From an uncultured Verrucomicrobiae bacterium (GTDB lineage Bacteria; Verrucomicrobiota; Verrucomicrobiia; Limisphaerales; UBA11358), in the NCBI GenBank assembly GCA_963769285.1, contig CAVYLE010000005.1, positions 115,235 through 179,234 of the forward strand: DNA of 64,000 nucleotides, in the 5' to 3' direction. The position numbers and the translations under genes are program-made. This document shows positions 1 through 10,872 of this stretch, one piece after another. Position 1 is the stretch's first letter, and the number at the start of each line of letters is the position of its first letter. The notes beneath the pieces are model-generated. The model made no database searches, was not told the DNA's origin, and was given only the letters and a program-made list of their open reading frames with translations.

Positions 1-341
1 TGCCGCGCAGTTATCCCCTGATGGTTGCGGTCGAGCAAAAGCCTGTCGCCGGGGTTGCCAATCCGCGCGGCAACACGCGCATGATTGTTGTGGGCGATTC
101 CATTTTCCTGGGCAATTACTGTATTGAAGCCGGCGGCAACCGTGATTTTGTCAGCTATGCCGCCAACTGGCTGCTCGACCGCACGACCTTGCTCAATGGC
201 ATCGGGCCGCGACCCGTCACGGAATTCCGGCTGTTGATGACCCGGACGCAACAACGCGAAGTCCGCTGGCTGTTACTGGGGGCGCTGCCCGGCGCGGTGC
301 TGCTGTTCGGCTGCCTGGTCTGGCTGGTCCGGAGAAAATAA
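1..341 (+). CDS. C-terminal part of a GldG-like / ABC-type uncharacterised transport auxiliary protein (5' truncated by window edge)
   Basis: RMIVVGDSIF...GNRDFVSYAANWL motif, C-terminal TM helix ending RRK, followed by a DUF4340 gene as is typical. Confidence 0.75.
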   Translation, partial: PRSYPLMVAVEQKPVAGVANPRGNTRMIVVGDSIFLGNYCIEAGGNRDFVSYAANWLLDRTTLLNGIGPRPVTEFRLLMTRTQQREVRWLLLGALPGAVLLFGCLVWLVRRK

Positions 342-2149
342 TGAATTCAAAAACCACTGGAATCTGGTTCACGATTGCCGCGGCGCTGTTCGCGCTGATT
401 TTTGTTTTTGAGCGTTTCCTGCAGCCAGCCGCCCCGGAATCGTCCCGCCTTCTGCTGGAATTGCGCCCGCCCGCCGTCACCAGCGTTCAAGTGATCCCGT
501 CCGGCGCGCTGGAGATTCGGGCCGACCGCACGAACGGCGCGTGGCTGCTGACCAAACCCATTGCCTATCCCGCGCAGCCAGCCGCCATCGAAGCCCTGCT
601 CGACGCGCTCCAAAAACTCACGCCCGCCACCCGCATCGACGCCGCCGAACTCCGCAACCACCGCAATACGGACGTTGAATTCGGTTTTGAAACGCCGCGC
701 ATTTCGCTGGTCATCGAAACCGGCGGCCAGCGCCGGCAGCTTTTGGTCGGCAACAAAACCCCGCCCGGCGATCAGGTTTATCTGCGCGTCGTTGGTGTGG
801 ACGGGGCCTTTGTCGCCGATGCCGACTGGCTCAAATTCATTCCGCGCTCGGCCAACGACTGGCGCGATACCGCATTGGTGGATGCGAACAACAGCGGCCT
901 GGATTGGATTGTGCTGACCAACGGCGCGAAGGCCATCGAACTTCGTCGCGACGCGACGAATCATTTCTGGCGCATGATTCGTCCCTTTCCGGCGCGCGCC
1001 GACGCCGAGCGCATCACCGACGCGTTGCAGCACCTGCAAACCGCGCGCGTCACCCAATTCATCACCGACGACCCGAAGGACTTGACCGGATTTGGTTTGC
1101 AGCCTGCCGATCTCGACCTGTGGCTCGGTCACGGCACCAATTTCATTTCCGCCATTCACGTCGGCAAGAGTCCGACGAATGATCCAACGCAAGTCTTTGC
1201 CAGACGCGAACGATGGAACGTCATGGTTACGACCGCCAAAGAGCCGTTGTCGCCGTGGCGCGGCTCGGTGAATTATTTCCGCGATTCGTATCTGCTGGAA
1301 TTGACCGCGCCCGTCGCGGAAATTGAAGTGCATGGGCAGAAAAATTTCACGTTGCAACGGCAAGGCTCGAATGACTGGCAAATCGTCGGCGAAAAATTCC
1401 CCGTGGACGCCGAAAATGCGCAGTTATTCATCAAAACTCTCGCCGGTTTGCGCGTTCCTGAGTCGGGATTTGTGAAGGACGTTGTGACCAAGCCCGATCT
1501 GCCCACTTACGGGCTGGCGACGCCGACGCGCCAAATCACTTTGCGTTCGGCAGCGGGCGATACGAACGGGGTCATGGTCCAATTGTCCTTCGGCACGAAC
1601 CAAAACAACGAGGTTTTTGTCCGGCGCGCGGACGAGGATTTTGTGTATGCCATTACGGTGGAAGCGTTCAATGGTCTGCCCGAAGCAGGCTGGGAATTTC
1701 GCGAGCGCCACATCTGGGATTTCAGCGAAACCAACGTGGCACAGATCACACTTCACCAGAACGGCAAGACGCGGCAGCTCGTCCGGACCGGATCGAACAA
1801 ATGGTCGCTCGCCGCCGGTTCGCAAGGCATCATTAACGGTCACGAGCTGGAACAGGCCGCGCACTGGCTCGGTCAACTGGCCGCCGTCGGCTGGGTCGGC
1901 CACAACCCAACCGAACCGGAAAAACTGGAAAAATACGGACTGAACACGAACAATTTGCAGATTACTTTCGAACTAAAGAATGGTGAAAAACATTCCGTGG
2001 ACTTCGGCACGGAACTTCCCTCCCTGCAAACCGCGCTCGCCGCCGCGACGCTGGACGGCGAGCAGTGGATATTCGTCTTTCCGCAGGGGCCGTACCAGTT
2101 CGTCTTGAGTTATCTCACCATTCCGGTCCCGCAAGGCGGGATTCCCTGA
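341..2149 (+). CDS. DUF4340 domain-containing protein (repeated domains, N-terminal membrane anchor)
   Basis: 602 aa ORF; repeated W-x-l-x-x-P...AD...l..L and fGL..P motifs; translationally coupled to the upstream gene. Confidence 0.75.
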   Translation: MNSKTTGIWFTIAAALFALIFVFERFLQPAAPESSRLLLELRPPAVTSVQVIPSGALEIRADRTNGAWLLTKPIAYPAQPAAIEALLDALQKLTPATRIDAAELRNHRNTDVEFGFETPRISLVIETGGQRRQLLVGNKTPPGDQVYLRVVGVDGAFVADADWLKFIPRSANDWRDTALVDANNSGLDWIVLTNGAKAIELRRDATNHFWRMIRPFPARADAERITDALQHLQTARVTQFITDDPKDLTGFGLQPADLDLWLGHGTNFISAIHVGKSPTNDPTQVFARRERWNVMVTTAKEPLSPWRGSVNYFRDSYLLELTAPVAEIEVHGQKNFTLQRQGSNDWQIVGEKFPVDAENAQLFIKTLAGLRVPESGFVKDVVTKPDLPTYGLATPTRQITLRSAAGDTNGVMVQLSFGTNQNNEVFVRRADEDFVYAITVEAFNGLPEAGWEFRERHIWDFSETNVAQITLHQNGKTRQLVRTGSNKWSLAAGSQGIINGHELEQAAHWLGQLAAVGWVGHNPTEPEKLEKYGLNTNNLQITFELKNGEKHSVDFGTELPSLQTALAAATLDGEQWIFVFPQGPYQFVLSYLTIPVPQGGIP

Positions 2150-2150
2150 C

Positions 2151-4829
2151 ATGCCTGCGCAACCCGGCTTCTGGCGAAAATGCCGAACCGGCTTTCGCTG
2201 GTTTCGCATCACCGTGCTTTTCGCGGTGCTCGCGCTGGTTTGCGCCCTCGTCTGGTTCAATCGCATCGGCCTGCCGGATTTTTTGAAAAGGCGTCTGGTG
2301 GAAACACTGCAAACGCGCGGAATCGAATTGGAATTCACCCGGATGCGACTGCATTTCGTCCACGGGCTGGTCATCGAAAACGTCCGCATCGGCCACGCGG
2401 AACCGCCCGACAACCCGGTGCTTTCACTGGACGAAATTCAACTGCAATTGAACTACCGCGCACTGTTGCGCCGGCAATGGCAGGTGGATGGACTCATCTT
2501 GCGCCAGGGCAAATTCGTCTGGCCGCTCACGCCGACCAATGGGCTCACGCTCGACAACATTCAGACCGAATTGCGCTTTCAAACAAACGACACCTGGTCA
2601 CTCGACCATTTTCAAGCTGATTTCGCCGGCGCAAAACTCGCGTTGTCAGGCGACATCATACACGCGCCGGAGATTCGCAATTGGGAAATTTTCCATGGCA
2701 AAAAATCCGCCAGCCGCGCCATTTGGCAGGCGCGATTGCGGAAATTTTCCGACACGCTCGACCGGATACATTTCACGGGCACGCCGCAATTGAGCCTGGT
2801 CGTGGATGGTGACGCGCGGGACATTCACTCGTTCGCCATCCGGCTGAATCTGAACGCGACCTCGATTCAAACGCCCTGGGGCGGCGTGGGTGACATCCGG
2901 CTCACCGGCAACCTCACCGCGCCCGCCGGAACGCCAACCCATTTCGTCTCGTCGTGGGGGTGGTGGACAAACGCGCAGCCGTATCGGTTGACCTGGACGG
3001 CAAGGTTCAGGGAATTGAAATCCGAAAAGCTGAACGCGGACTTCGTGGAATGCAACGGCCACTGGCAGGCGCCCGAATTGGCCGTTACCAAATTGTCCGC
3101 CGGGCTGGACGGCGGCCCGCTCGACGCCGCCGCACGGCTGAATGTGGCCACGCGCGAGTTCACCTTCACCAATTCCTCGTGTTTCAACCTCCCTGCGATT
3201 GCCGCATTGCTGACGGAAAAAACGCGCGAACGGCTGGCGGATTTTTCGTGGACCCAACCGCCCTCACTCCAGGGCAGCGGCTCGCTCATTCTGCCCGCGT
3301 GGACGAATCGCCAGCCGGATTGGCGCGATGAAGTGCAACCGACCATCCAATTGAATGGTGAACTGGCCATCACCAATGTCAGGTACAGCGGCGTGGCGAT
3401 TGACCTGGCGCGCACGCATTTTTCCTACTCAAATCTCCTGTGGCAACTGCCCGATCTGGCGGTCGTGAAATCAAAGACCCGGCTCAAATTAAGCGGCGGC
3501 GAGGATGACGCGACAAAGGATTATCACTGGCGCATTCGCGGCGTGTTGGATCCGGAAGTTGTCCGGCCATTTTTGACAACGAGCAACGCGATTCGCGGCT
3601 TGGAGATCATGAAATTCACCGGGCTGCCGGTGTTGGACGTGGACGTGTCGGGGCGTTTATACGACTACGACAGCATCGCCGCCAGCGGGCGCGTGGCGGT
3701 GACGAATTTTTCGGTGCGCGGCGAGGCGTTTGGCGATGTGGCGTCGGCGGTGAATTACACGAACCGGGTGCTGGAATTTGTCAATCCGCTGATGCACACC
3801 GGGGCGCAGATGATGACGGCGGACAAGGTGACTTTGGATTTCAACACGCAGCTGATTTGTTTCACGAATGGTTTCAGCACCGCCGACCCGGGACCCGTCA
3901 CGCGCGCCATCGGGCCGAAGACGGGGCGGGCGGTGGCGCCGTATCATTTTCTGCAACCGCCGACGGTGCGGGTGAATGGCCAGTTGCCGTTGCACGACAT
4001 GAACGGCAGGCGTGATACGGCGGACGTGGATATGCGGTTTGATATCATCAAAGGCGCGCCGTTTGAATGGATGAAGTTCAAGACGACAAACATTGTTGGC
4101 ACCATTCACTGGCAGGGACAGACGCTGATTTTGACCAATGTGGCGGCGGCGTTTTATGGCGGTGATGGAAATGGTTTTGCGAATTTTGATTTTCGCGTGC
4201 CGCATGCAGGCGCGGATTATCAATTTGCCGTGAGCGTGACGAATGTGAATCTGCATTTGCTGGCGGCGGACTTGTCATCGCCGACAAACCATCTCGAAGG
4301 CACATTGGCCGGACGACTCGTTGTGACGGACGCGGATTCGAGGGATTGGCGGACGTGGGATGGTTTCGGCCACGCGAACCTGCACGACGGGTTGCTCTGG
4401 GACATTCCGATTTTCGGCATTTTGTCGCCGGTGTTGAACACGTTTTCGCCGGGTTTGGGCAACCTCCGCGCCACGGACGCGGCGACGAAATTTACCATCA
4501 CCAATGGCGTGATTTTCACCGACTCATTGGAAATGCGCTCGACCATGATGCGGCTGGACTACACGGGCACGGTGGATTTGAAGCAAAACGTCCATGCGCG
4601 CGTCACCGCGCAGTTGCTGCGCAACACCTGGGTGGTCGGCCCGGTGGTCAGCACGGTGCTTTGGCCGGTGAGCAAATTGTTTGAATACAAAATCACCGGC
4701 ACGCTGAAAAATCCGAAGAGTGAACCGGTTTATTATGTCCCGAGACTCCTGCTGATGCCGCTCCATCCGTTCCGCAGCCTGGAGGAAATATTCCCCGGCG
4801 GCAAAACTGAACCTAAATTCCGCAATTGA
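2151..4829 (+). CDS. AsmA-like / YhdP-like outer-membrane biogenesis protein
   Basis: 892 aa, N-terminal TM anchor, beta-rich, C-terminal AsmA-like G..TITNGVIFTDSL...YKITGTLKNP. Confidence 0.65.
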   Translation: MPAQPGFWRKCRTGFRWFRITVLFAVLALVCALVWFNRIGLPDFLKRRLVETLQTRGIELEFTRMRLHFVHGLVIENVRIGHAEPPDNPVLSLDEIQLQLNYRALLRRQWQVDGLILRQGKFVWPLTPTNGLTLDNIQTELRFQTNDTWSLDHFQADFAGAKLALSGDIIHAPEIRNWEIFHGKKSASRAIWQARLRKFSDTLDRIHFTGTPQLSLVVDGDARDIHSFAIRLNLNATSIQTPWGGVGDIRLTGNLTAPAGTPTHFVSSWGWWTNAQPYRLTWTARFRELKSEKLNADFVECNGHWQAPELAVTKLSAGLDGGPLDAAARLNVATREFTFTNSSCFNLPAIAALLTEKTRERLADFSWTQPPSLQGSGSLILPAWTNRQPDWRDEVQPTIQLNGELAITNVRYSGVAIDLARTHFSYSNLLWQLPDLAVVKSKTRLKLSGGEDDATKDYHWRIRGVLDPEVVRPFLTTSNAIRGLEIMKFTGLPVLDVDVSGRLYDYDSIAASGRVAVTNFSVRGEAFGDVASAVNYTNRVLEFVNPLMHTGAQMMTADKVTLDFNTQLICFTNGFSTADPGPVTRAIGPKTGRAVAPYHFLQPPTVRVNGQLPLHDMNGRRDTADVDMRFDIIKGAPFEWMKFKTTNIVGTIHWQGQTLILTNVAAAFYGGDGNGFANFDFRVPHAGADYQFAVSVTNVNLHLLAADLSSPTNHLEGTLAGRLVVTDADSRDWRTWDGFGHANLHDGLLWDIPIFGILSPVLNTFSPGLGNLRATDAATKFTITNGVIFTDSLEMRSTMMRLDYTGTVDLKQNVHARVTAQLLRNTWVVGPVVSTVLWPVSKLFEYKITGTLKNPKSEPVYYVPRLLLMPLHPFRSLEEIFPGGKTEPKFRN

Positions 4830-5044
4830 GAGAGCGGATAATTGCAAAGAAAACCGGTGGTTTCATTTTCATGCGCCCTTTGCGCCTTATTGCGGCAGCC
4901 CTGTCCACCCGTATTCATCCGGGTTCATCCGTGGCGCCGGCGCGCGGCCTTCAGGCGGCTCATGACCGCACCAAGGCACGCCATTCATTTTGACGACAAA
5001 CTTTGGCGTTGCCTTTGCGGGCTCAATTCTTAACTTGCATGGCC

Positions 5045-7942
5045 ATGAATTCTGCCGCTTTTTTTCGCCGCTTTTTTACCGTCATCTTGTTTGCCAGTCT
5101 GACGACCGGCCTTCCGGCCGCCGATACTAACAGCCCGCGCGAACGGTTGCTGCTGGATTTCGGCTGGAAATTTCATCTCGGTAACGAGTGGGGCCTCGCC
5201 CAAAACCTGGCCAAGGCCGGCACCGGCAGCGGCCCGGCCAGTGTATGGTTTGGTGACGCCAACTGGCGCACGGTCAACCTGCCCCACGATTGGGCGGTGG
5301 AACTGCCGTTTAACCAGGGCGCCGATGGCAGCCACGGATTCAAGGCCCTGGGCTCCGGTTTCCCGTCCAACAGCGTCGCCTGGTATCGCCGCACGTTTGA
5401 ATTGCCGAAGGAGGATGCGGGTAAACGCCTCTGGCTGGAATTCGACGGTGTGTTCCGCGACGCCCAGGTGTTCGTCAACGGCTGGTTCGTCGGCCACCAC
5501 GAAGGCGGTTACAACAACTTCCGGTACGATATCACCGACCTCGCCGATGTCGGCGGCAAAAATGTCGTCGCCGTCAAAGTGGACGCTTCGCAATTCGAAG
5601 GCTGGTTCTATGAAGGCGCTGGCATCTACCGCCACACCTGGCTCGTGAAGACCGCACCCGTCGCCATCGCCCCGGATGGGATTTTTGTGCGGAGCGAATT
5701 GAGAACTAACGAAAACGCTTCTGGGCCGAACAAATTACAAGCGCCGGTTTATATTGAAACACGCGTCATGAATTCGCAAAAAGAATCTGTGCAAGTCAAA
5801 GTCAATTGTGCCGTTTTCGATGACCAAGGCAAAGAAGCTGAAAACGATGTATCCACAAATCTTCCTGCGTGGTCTGAAAGTGCAATTCAACTTGAGACTT
5901 GGATTGTTTGGAGCCCAAAACTTTGGACCCCCGAAACGCCAAATCTTTACAAGCTTATCACGACGGTTGAAGTGGACGGCAAAGTCGTTGACCGCCAGGA
6001 AACCAGCTTCGGCATCCGCACCGTCGCGTTTGACAAGGACAAGGGCTTTTTACTCAACGGCAAGCCCTATGTGCTCAAAGGCACGTGCAACCATCAGGAC
6101 CACGCCGGCGTCGGCGCGGCGTTGCCGGATGCACTCCAGTATTTCCGCGTCGCGAAATTGAAGGAGATGGGCGTCAATGCCTATCGCACCTCCCACAACC
6201 CGCCCACGCCCGAATTGCTCGACGCCTGCGACCGCCTCGGCCTGCTGGTCATGGACGAAAGCCGCCTGCTCGGCAGCGACCAGGAAAATCTGCGCCGCTG
6301 GGAAGGCCAGATCCGGCGTGACCGGAACCATCCGAGCGTCGCCATCTGGTCCCTGGCCAACGAGGAATTCCGCGTGGAGGGCACGCCCGCCGGCGGCCGG
6401 GTCGCCCTGACGATGCAGAATTTTGTCAAGCAACTCGACCCCACGCGGCCCGTGACGTACAACGCACCTGTCGGCAACGAGTTCCCGGGCATCAATGAAA
6501 TCATCGAGGTGCGCGGTTGGAGTTACCACATTGGCACAAACAACATGGACGCCTATCACGCGGCCCACCCGGCCCAGCCGAACGTCGGCAGCGAACAGGG
6601 CAGCACCGTCAGCACGCGCGGCATTTATACGAATGACGCGGCGCGCGGCTACGTGAGCGCCTACGACATCGGCGCGACGAAATGGTCGAACACCGCCGAA
6701 GATTGGTGGAGTTTCTTCGCCACGCGACCGTGGCTGTCCGGCGGTTTCGTCTGGACCGGTTTCGATTATCGCGGCGAGCCCACGCCTTACGGCTGGCCGT
6801 GTGTCAACTCGCATTTCGGCATCCTCAACACCTGCGGTTTTCCGAAGGACAACTTTTATTACTACCAGGCGTGCTGGACGGACAAACCTGTCTTGCATTT
6901 GTTGCCGCATTGGAACTGGCCGGGCAAGGAAGGCCAGGATATTGACGTTTGGTGCTACAGCAACTGCCAGGAAGTCGAGTTGTTCCTCAACGGCCAAAGC
7001 CTCGGCCGGAAAACGGTGGATAGAAATTCACACCTGGCCTGGATGGTGAAATACGCGCCCGGCACGTTGAGCGCAAAAGGATACAACGGCGGCAAGACCA
7101 TTGCCGAAACCAAGGTCGAAACCACCGGCGCACCCGCCGCCGTCCGGCTCGCGCCCGACCGCGCCACCCTCAACGCCGATGGCGAGGACGTGAGCGTGTT
7201 CACCGCGGCCGTGACCGACGCCCAAGGCCGCATCGTGCCGTTGGCAGCCAATTTGATTCACTTTGAACTGAGCGGCCCCGGAAAAATCATCGGCGTCGGC
7301 AACGGCGACCCGAGCTGCCACGAGCCGGATGTTTTTCTCCCACAACTTTCAATGCGATCGGTCCCATTAAACGACGGCTGGCGCTGGAAAAAAGTTGTGA
7401 ACGTCTATGGCGCAAGCCTCGCTGAATTTAAAACGAATTTTGACGATTCGACCTGGGAGGCGGCGAATCCGCAATCCGACGGCGGCCCGCTGGGAGAGCG
7501 TGACCAGGCGATTTACCGCGTAAAAATCCAGGTGACTGAATCGGATCTTGCCTCCCGGGCGGTGGAATTGCGTTGCGGCATGATTGACGAGGACGGTTGG
7601 GTTTATGTGAACGGCAGGCAGATCGGCGAATCGCACGACTGGCAGGTCCCCGCCGTCTTTGATTTGAAGCCGTTCCTTCATCCGGGCGAAAACACCCTTG
7701 CGGTGGCGGTGGCGAACTACAGCGGACAGGGTGGACTTAACAAGGGTGTGACGCTGGAATTCCCGGAAAAACTCGTCGCGCCTGAATGGCAACGCAGCGT
7801 GTTCAACGGCCTCGCGCAAATCATCATCCAATCCACCAAAGAACCCGGCGAAATCAAGCTGACCGCCAGTGCGGACGGCCTGTCACCGGCGACCATTTCC
7901 ATTCAATCGCAACCCTGCCCGCCACGCCCGTTTATTCCCTGA
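5045..7942 (+). CDS. GH2 beta-galactosidase (GalA-like) with extra jelly-roll domain
   Basis: NLPHDW, LEFDGV, WFYEGAGIYR, GTCNHQDHAGVG, YRTSHNP, WSLANEE, WTGFDYRGEP motifs; signal peptide; start may be 5039. Confidence 0.92.
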   Translation: MNSAAFFRRFFTVILFASLTTGLPAADTNSPRERLLLDFGWKFHLGNEWGLAQNLAKAGTGSGPASVWFGDANWRTVNLPHDWAVELPFNQGADGSHGFKALGSGFPSNSVAWYRRTFELPKEDAGKRLWLEFDGVFRDAQVFVNGWFVGHHEGGYNNFRYDITDLADVGGKNVVAVKVDASQFEGWFYEGAGIYRHTWLVKTAPVAIAPDGIFVRSELRTNENASGPNKLQAPVYIETRVMNSQKESVQVKVNCAVFDDQGKEAENDVSTNLPAWSESAIQLETWIVWSPKLWTPETPNLYKLITTVEVDGKVVDRQETSFGIRTVAFDKDKGFLLNGKPYVLKGTCNHQDHAGVGAALPDALQYFRVAKLKEMGVNAYRTSHNPPTPELLDACDRLGLLVMDESRLLGSDQENLRRWEGQIRRDRNHPSVAIWSLANEEFRVEGTPAGGRVALTMQNFVKQLDPTRPVTYNAPVGNEFPGINEIIEVRGWSYHIGTNNMDAYHAAHPAQPNVGSEQGSTVSTRGIYTNDAARGYVSAYDIGATKWSNTAEDWWSFFATRPWLSGGFVWTGFDYRGEPTPYGWPCVNSHFGILNTCGFPKDNFYYYQACWTDKPVLHLLPHWNWPGKEGQDIDVWCYSNCQEVELFLNGQSLGRKTVDRNSHLAWMVKYAPGTLSAKGYNGGKTIAETKVETTGAPAAVRLAPDRATLNADGEDVSVFTAAVTDAQGRIVPLAANLIHFELSGPGKIIGVGNGDPSCHEPDVFLPQLSMRSVPLNDGWRWKKVVNVYGASLAEFKTNFDDSTWEAANPQSDGGPLGERDQAIYRVKIQVTESDLASRAVELRCGMIDEDGWVYVNGRQIGESHDWQVPAVFDLKPFLHPGENTLAVAVANYSGQGGLNKGVTLEFPEKLVAPEWQRSVFNGLAQIIIQSTKEPGEIKLTASADGLSPATISIQSQPCPPRPFIP

Positions 7943-8040
7943 AACCAACACCATGAAACCACACGCTAACTTTTTGCATGGGGTTTGATGCGACAAAATC
8001 ATGTTGTCGCACCACGTTTGTGCCGTGTAATTTCAAGATT

Positions 8041-10758
8041 ATGCAATGGACGATCTTTGGCGTGCTGGCAGGGTTAACCGTCTGCCTTTCAACCAGCATC
8101 GCCTTCGGCGACGAGGAAACCTGCGTGGCCTGCGACCGCCAGGTCCTCGTCAGCGGCCAGTTCGAACACGGACGGGGACATGAAAGCCTGGCGATCACCG
8201 GCGCGCCGAAGCGCGGCGAGGAAGCGTTCCGCGAGGAAATTTACGGAACCAATTTTACCGTGTCCGTCCCCAATCTTCCCGCAGGCAAATACACCGTCCT
8301 GATCGGGCTCGCGGAAATTGTTTTCACCAACGCCGGCCAGCGCACGTTCGACATCACCTGCGGCGACCAGACGCTCGCGCGCGATCTTGACGTTTTCACC
8401 GCCGCCGCCGGCGCGGGCCGGGTCCTTCTGCTCACCAACGAGATTGATTTTTCCGGTGACGCGGCGCACGGGCCATTCATCCTCGCGTTCACCGGGCGCA
8501 CCAACACGGCCAAGCTGAACACGTTCGAACTCAAGGACGCTTCCAGACAGTCCCTCATTTCCTTTCAAGCGGCGGATTTGATCAACGCCGAGGACACCAA
8601 CGCGTTGCAGGCGCCCGTCGTCGCCGGACCGGAAATCTGGAAGGACGCCGCGCAGCCCGTTGCCGCACGGGTGGACAACCTCGTGCACCGCTTGTCGCTC
8701 GCGGAAAAAGTCCAGCAGATGCGGAACGCCGCCCCGGCCATTCCGCGGCTGGGCATTCCCGCCTACGATTATTGGAGTGAATGTCTTCACGGTGTCGCGC
8801 GCGCCGGCACGGCCACGGTTTTTCCCCAAGCCATCGGCATGGCCGCCGCCTGGGACGTGCCGCTCCTGCACCAGGCCGCCGATGTCATCGCCACCGAGGC
8901 CCGCGCCAAACACAACGACTACGCCGTCAAGCACAACGGCGACAGCGCGCGCTATTTCGGCCTCACGTTCTGGACGCCGAACATCAACCTCTTCCGCGAT
9001 CCGCGCTGGGGCCGCGGCCAGGAAACCTACGGCGAAGACCCGTTCCTCACCGCCCGGCTCGGCGTGGCGTTCATTCGCGGTTTGCAGGGGGACGACCCGA
9101 AATACGTGAAGGCCATGGCGTGCGCGAAACATTATGCCGTCCACAGCGGACCGGAATTGGAGCGGCACCGTTTTGACGTTGCACCGTCCGAACGCGATTT
9201 TTACGAAACGTATCTGTCCCAATTCGAGGCCGCCGTCCGCGAAGGCCATGTTGGCGCGGTGATGGGCGCCTACAATTCCGTTTATGGCCGGCCGGCCTGC
9301 GCCAGCCCGCTCCTGCTTACGGACCTTTTGCGGAGGCAGTGGGGTTTTGGCGGTCACGTGGTTTCCGATTGCGGCGCGATTTACGACATTTATGCGAATC
9401 ACAAATTCACGGCCACGCCGGCGGAGGCCGCGGCCGCGGCGGTGAAGGCCGGCGACGATCTCTGTTGCGGCACGGATTACAACTCACTGGTGCGCGCGGT
9501 CAAAAACGGTTTGATTTCGGAAGCGGAAATCAACACCGCGGTTGGCCGCGTGCTCGAAGCACGGTTCCGGCTGGGGCTGTTTGATCCGCCGGGGAAGGTG
9601 CCGTACGCAGAAATTTCCATTTCGCAAAACGACACGTCCGAACACAAGGCGCTGGCGTTGAAAATGGCGCGCGAATCCATCGTGCTGTTGAAAAACGACG
9701 GCCTGTTGCCGCTCGACCGCGCCAAAATCAAACGCATCGCCGTCATCGGCACCAACGCGAATTCCGTGGCGGTGCTGCTCGGCAATTACTACGGAACGCC
9801 CGCCCGGCCGGTGACCATTCTGGACGGCATCAGGAACGCCGCCGGCACGAATATCGAGGTGGTTTATGAACCGGCCTGCCCGCTGGCGTTGGGCCGGGAC
9901 GAGTCGGGACGGGTTGATGCGCAGGCGTGGACCCGGGCCATTTCGTCGGCGTGGATGTCGGACGTGATCATTTATGTCGGCGGCATCAGCCCGCGGCTCG
10001 AAGGCGAGGAAATGAAGGTGGACTTCGATGGCTTCAGTGGCGGCGACCGCACGGCGATTGAACTGCCGGCGGTGCAAAACGAATTGCTGGAAGCCTTGCA
10101 GGGATCGGGCAAGCCCGTTGTGTTCGTCAACTGCAGCGGCAGCGCCATTGCCATGCCGTGGGAAGCCACCAACCTGCCGGCGATTTTGCAAGCGTGGTAT
10201 CCGGGCGAACAAGGCGGACGCGCCGTGGCTGACATTCTATTCGGCGAGGTAAACCCCTCCGGACGGCTGCCGGTTACTTTTTACCATGCCACCGCCGACC
10301 TGCCGGCGTTTGATGATTATTCGATGTCCAACCGCACTTACCGTTACTTCAACGGCCGGCCGGACTTCGCCTTCGGCCACGGTTTGAGCTACACCAGGTT
10401 TGATTACAACAACCCGAAGCTCAACGGGACAAACTTCGAGGCGGGCGACACGATCAAGCTGACATTTTCGCTGCACAACACCGGCGCGCGGGATGGCGAT
10501 GAGGTGGCGCAGGTATATTTCCGGCATGTGAACTCCACCCAGCTCCAGCCCTGGCTCGCGCTGTGCGGCTTTGCGCGGATTCATTTGCAGGTCGGCCAAG
10601 TGGCCCGGTTGACCATGGACATCCCGGCGGAACGGTTCCGCAGTTGGGACCCGGACAAAAAGCAATACGTTGTGGAGCCCGACGATTATGAATTGCTCGT
10701 GGGCGCGGCATCCGACGACATCTGCCTGAGCCTGCCTTTGACCATCACCGCCAAATAA
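8041..10758 (+). CDS. GH3 beta-glucosidase/xylosidase with N-terminal malectin-like domain and C-terminal Fn3-like domain
   Basis: WSECLHGV, WTPNINLFRDPRWGRGQETYGEDP, KHYAVH, VVSDCGAI, AWYPGEQGG, SGRLPVTFY. Confidence 0.93.
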   Translation: MQWTIFGVLAGLTVCLSTSIAFGDEETCVACDRQVLVSGQFEHGRGHESLAITGAPKRGEEAFREEIYGTNFTVSVPNLPAGKYTVLIGLAEIVFTNAGQRTFDITCGDQTLARDLDVFTAAAGAGRVLLLTNEIDFSGDAAHGPFILAFTGRTNTAKLNTFELKDASRQSLISFQAADLINAEDTNALQAPVVAGPEIWKDAAQPVAARVDNLVHRLSLAEKVQQMRNAAPAIPRLGIPAYDYWSECLHGVARAGTATVFPQAIGMAAAWDVPLLHQAADVIATEARAKHNDYAVKHNGDSARYFGLTFWTPNINLFRDPRWGRGQETYGEDPFLTARLGVAFIRGLQGDDPKYVKAMACAKHYAVHSGPELERHRFDVAPSERDFYETYLSQFEAAVREGHVGAVMGAYNSVYGRPACASPLLLTDLLRRQWGFGGHVVSDCGAIYDIYANHKFTATPAEAAAAAVKAGDDLCCGTDYNSLVRAVKNGLISEAEINTAVGRVLEARFRLGLFDPPGKVPYAEISISQNDTSEHKALALKMARESIVLLKNDGLLPLDRAKIKRIAVIGTNANSVAVLLGNYYGTPARPVTILDGIRNAAGTNIEVVYEPACPLALGRDESGRVDAQAWTRAISSAWMSDVIIYVGGISPRLEGEEMKVDFDGFSGGDRTAIELPAVQNELLEALQGSGKPVVFVNCSGSAIAMPWEATNLPAILQAWYPGEQGGRAVADILFGEVNPSGRLPVTFYHATADLPAFDDYSMSNRTYRYFNGRPDFAFGHGLSYTRFDYNNPKLNGTNFEAGDTIKLTFSLHNTGARDGDEVAQVYFRHVNSTQLQPWLALCGFARIHLQVGQVARLTMDIPAERFRSWDPDKKQYVVEPDDYELLVGAASDDICLSLPLTITAK

Positions 10759-10872
10759 CGGAGACCATTCTGTTTTCAGTGGAACAGGAGTTTACACTCG
10801 CCCTCCCCTGTCACCCATTGAAAATAGCGTAGAACCGTAAAAATTCTCGCCACCGGCCATAAAATTGAGAGG

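Noticed and set aside
4860..4935. Short degenerate repeats (TTTGCGCCTTATTGCGGC, ATTCATCCGGGTTCATCCGTGG; also TTCGTG repeats at ~31494-31520)
   Set aside because: Too short and degenerate to define an element from this window.
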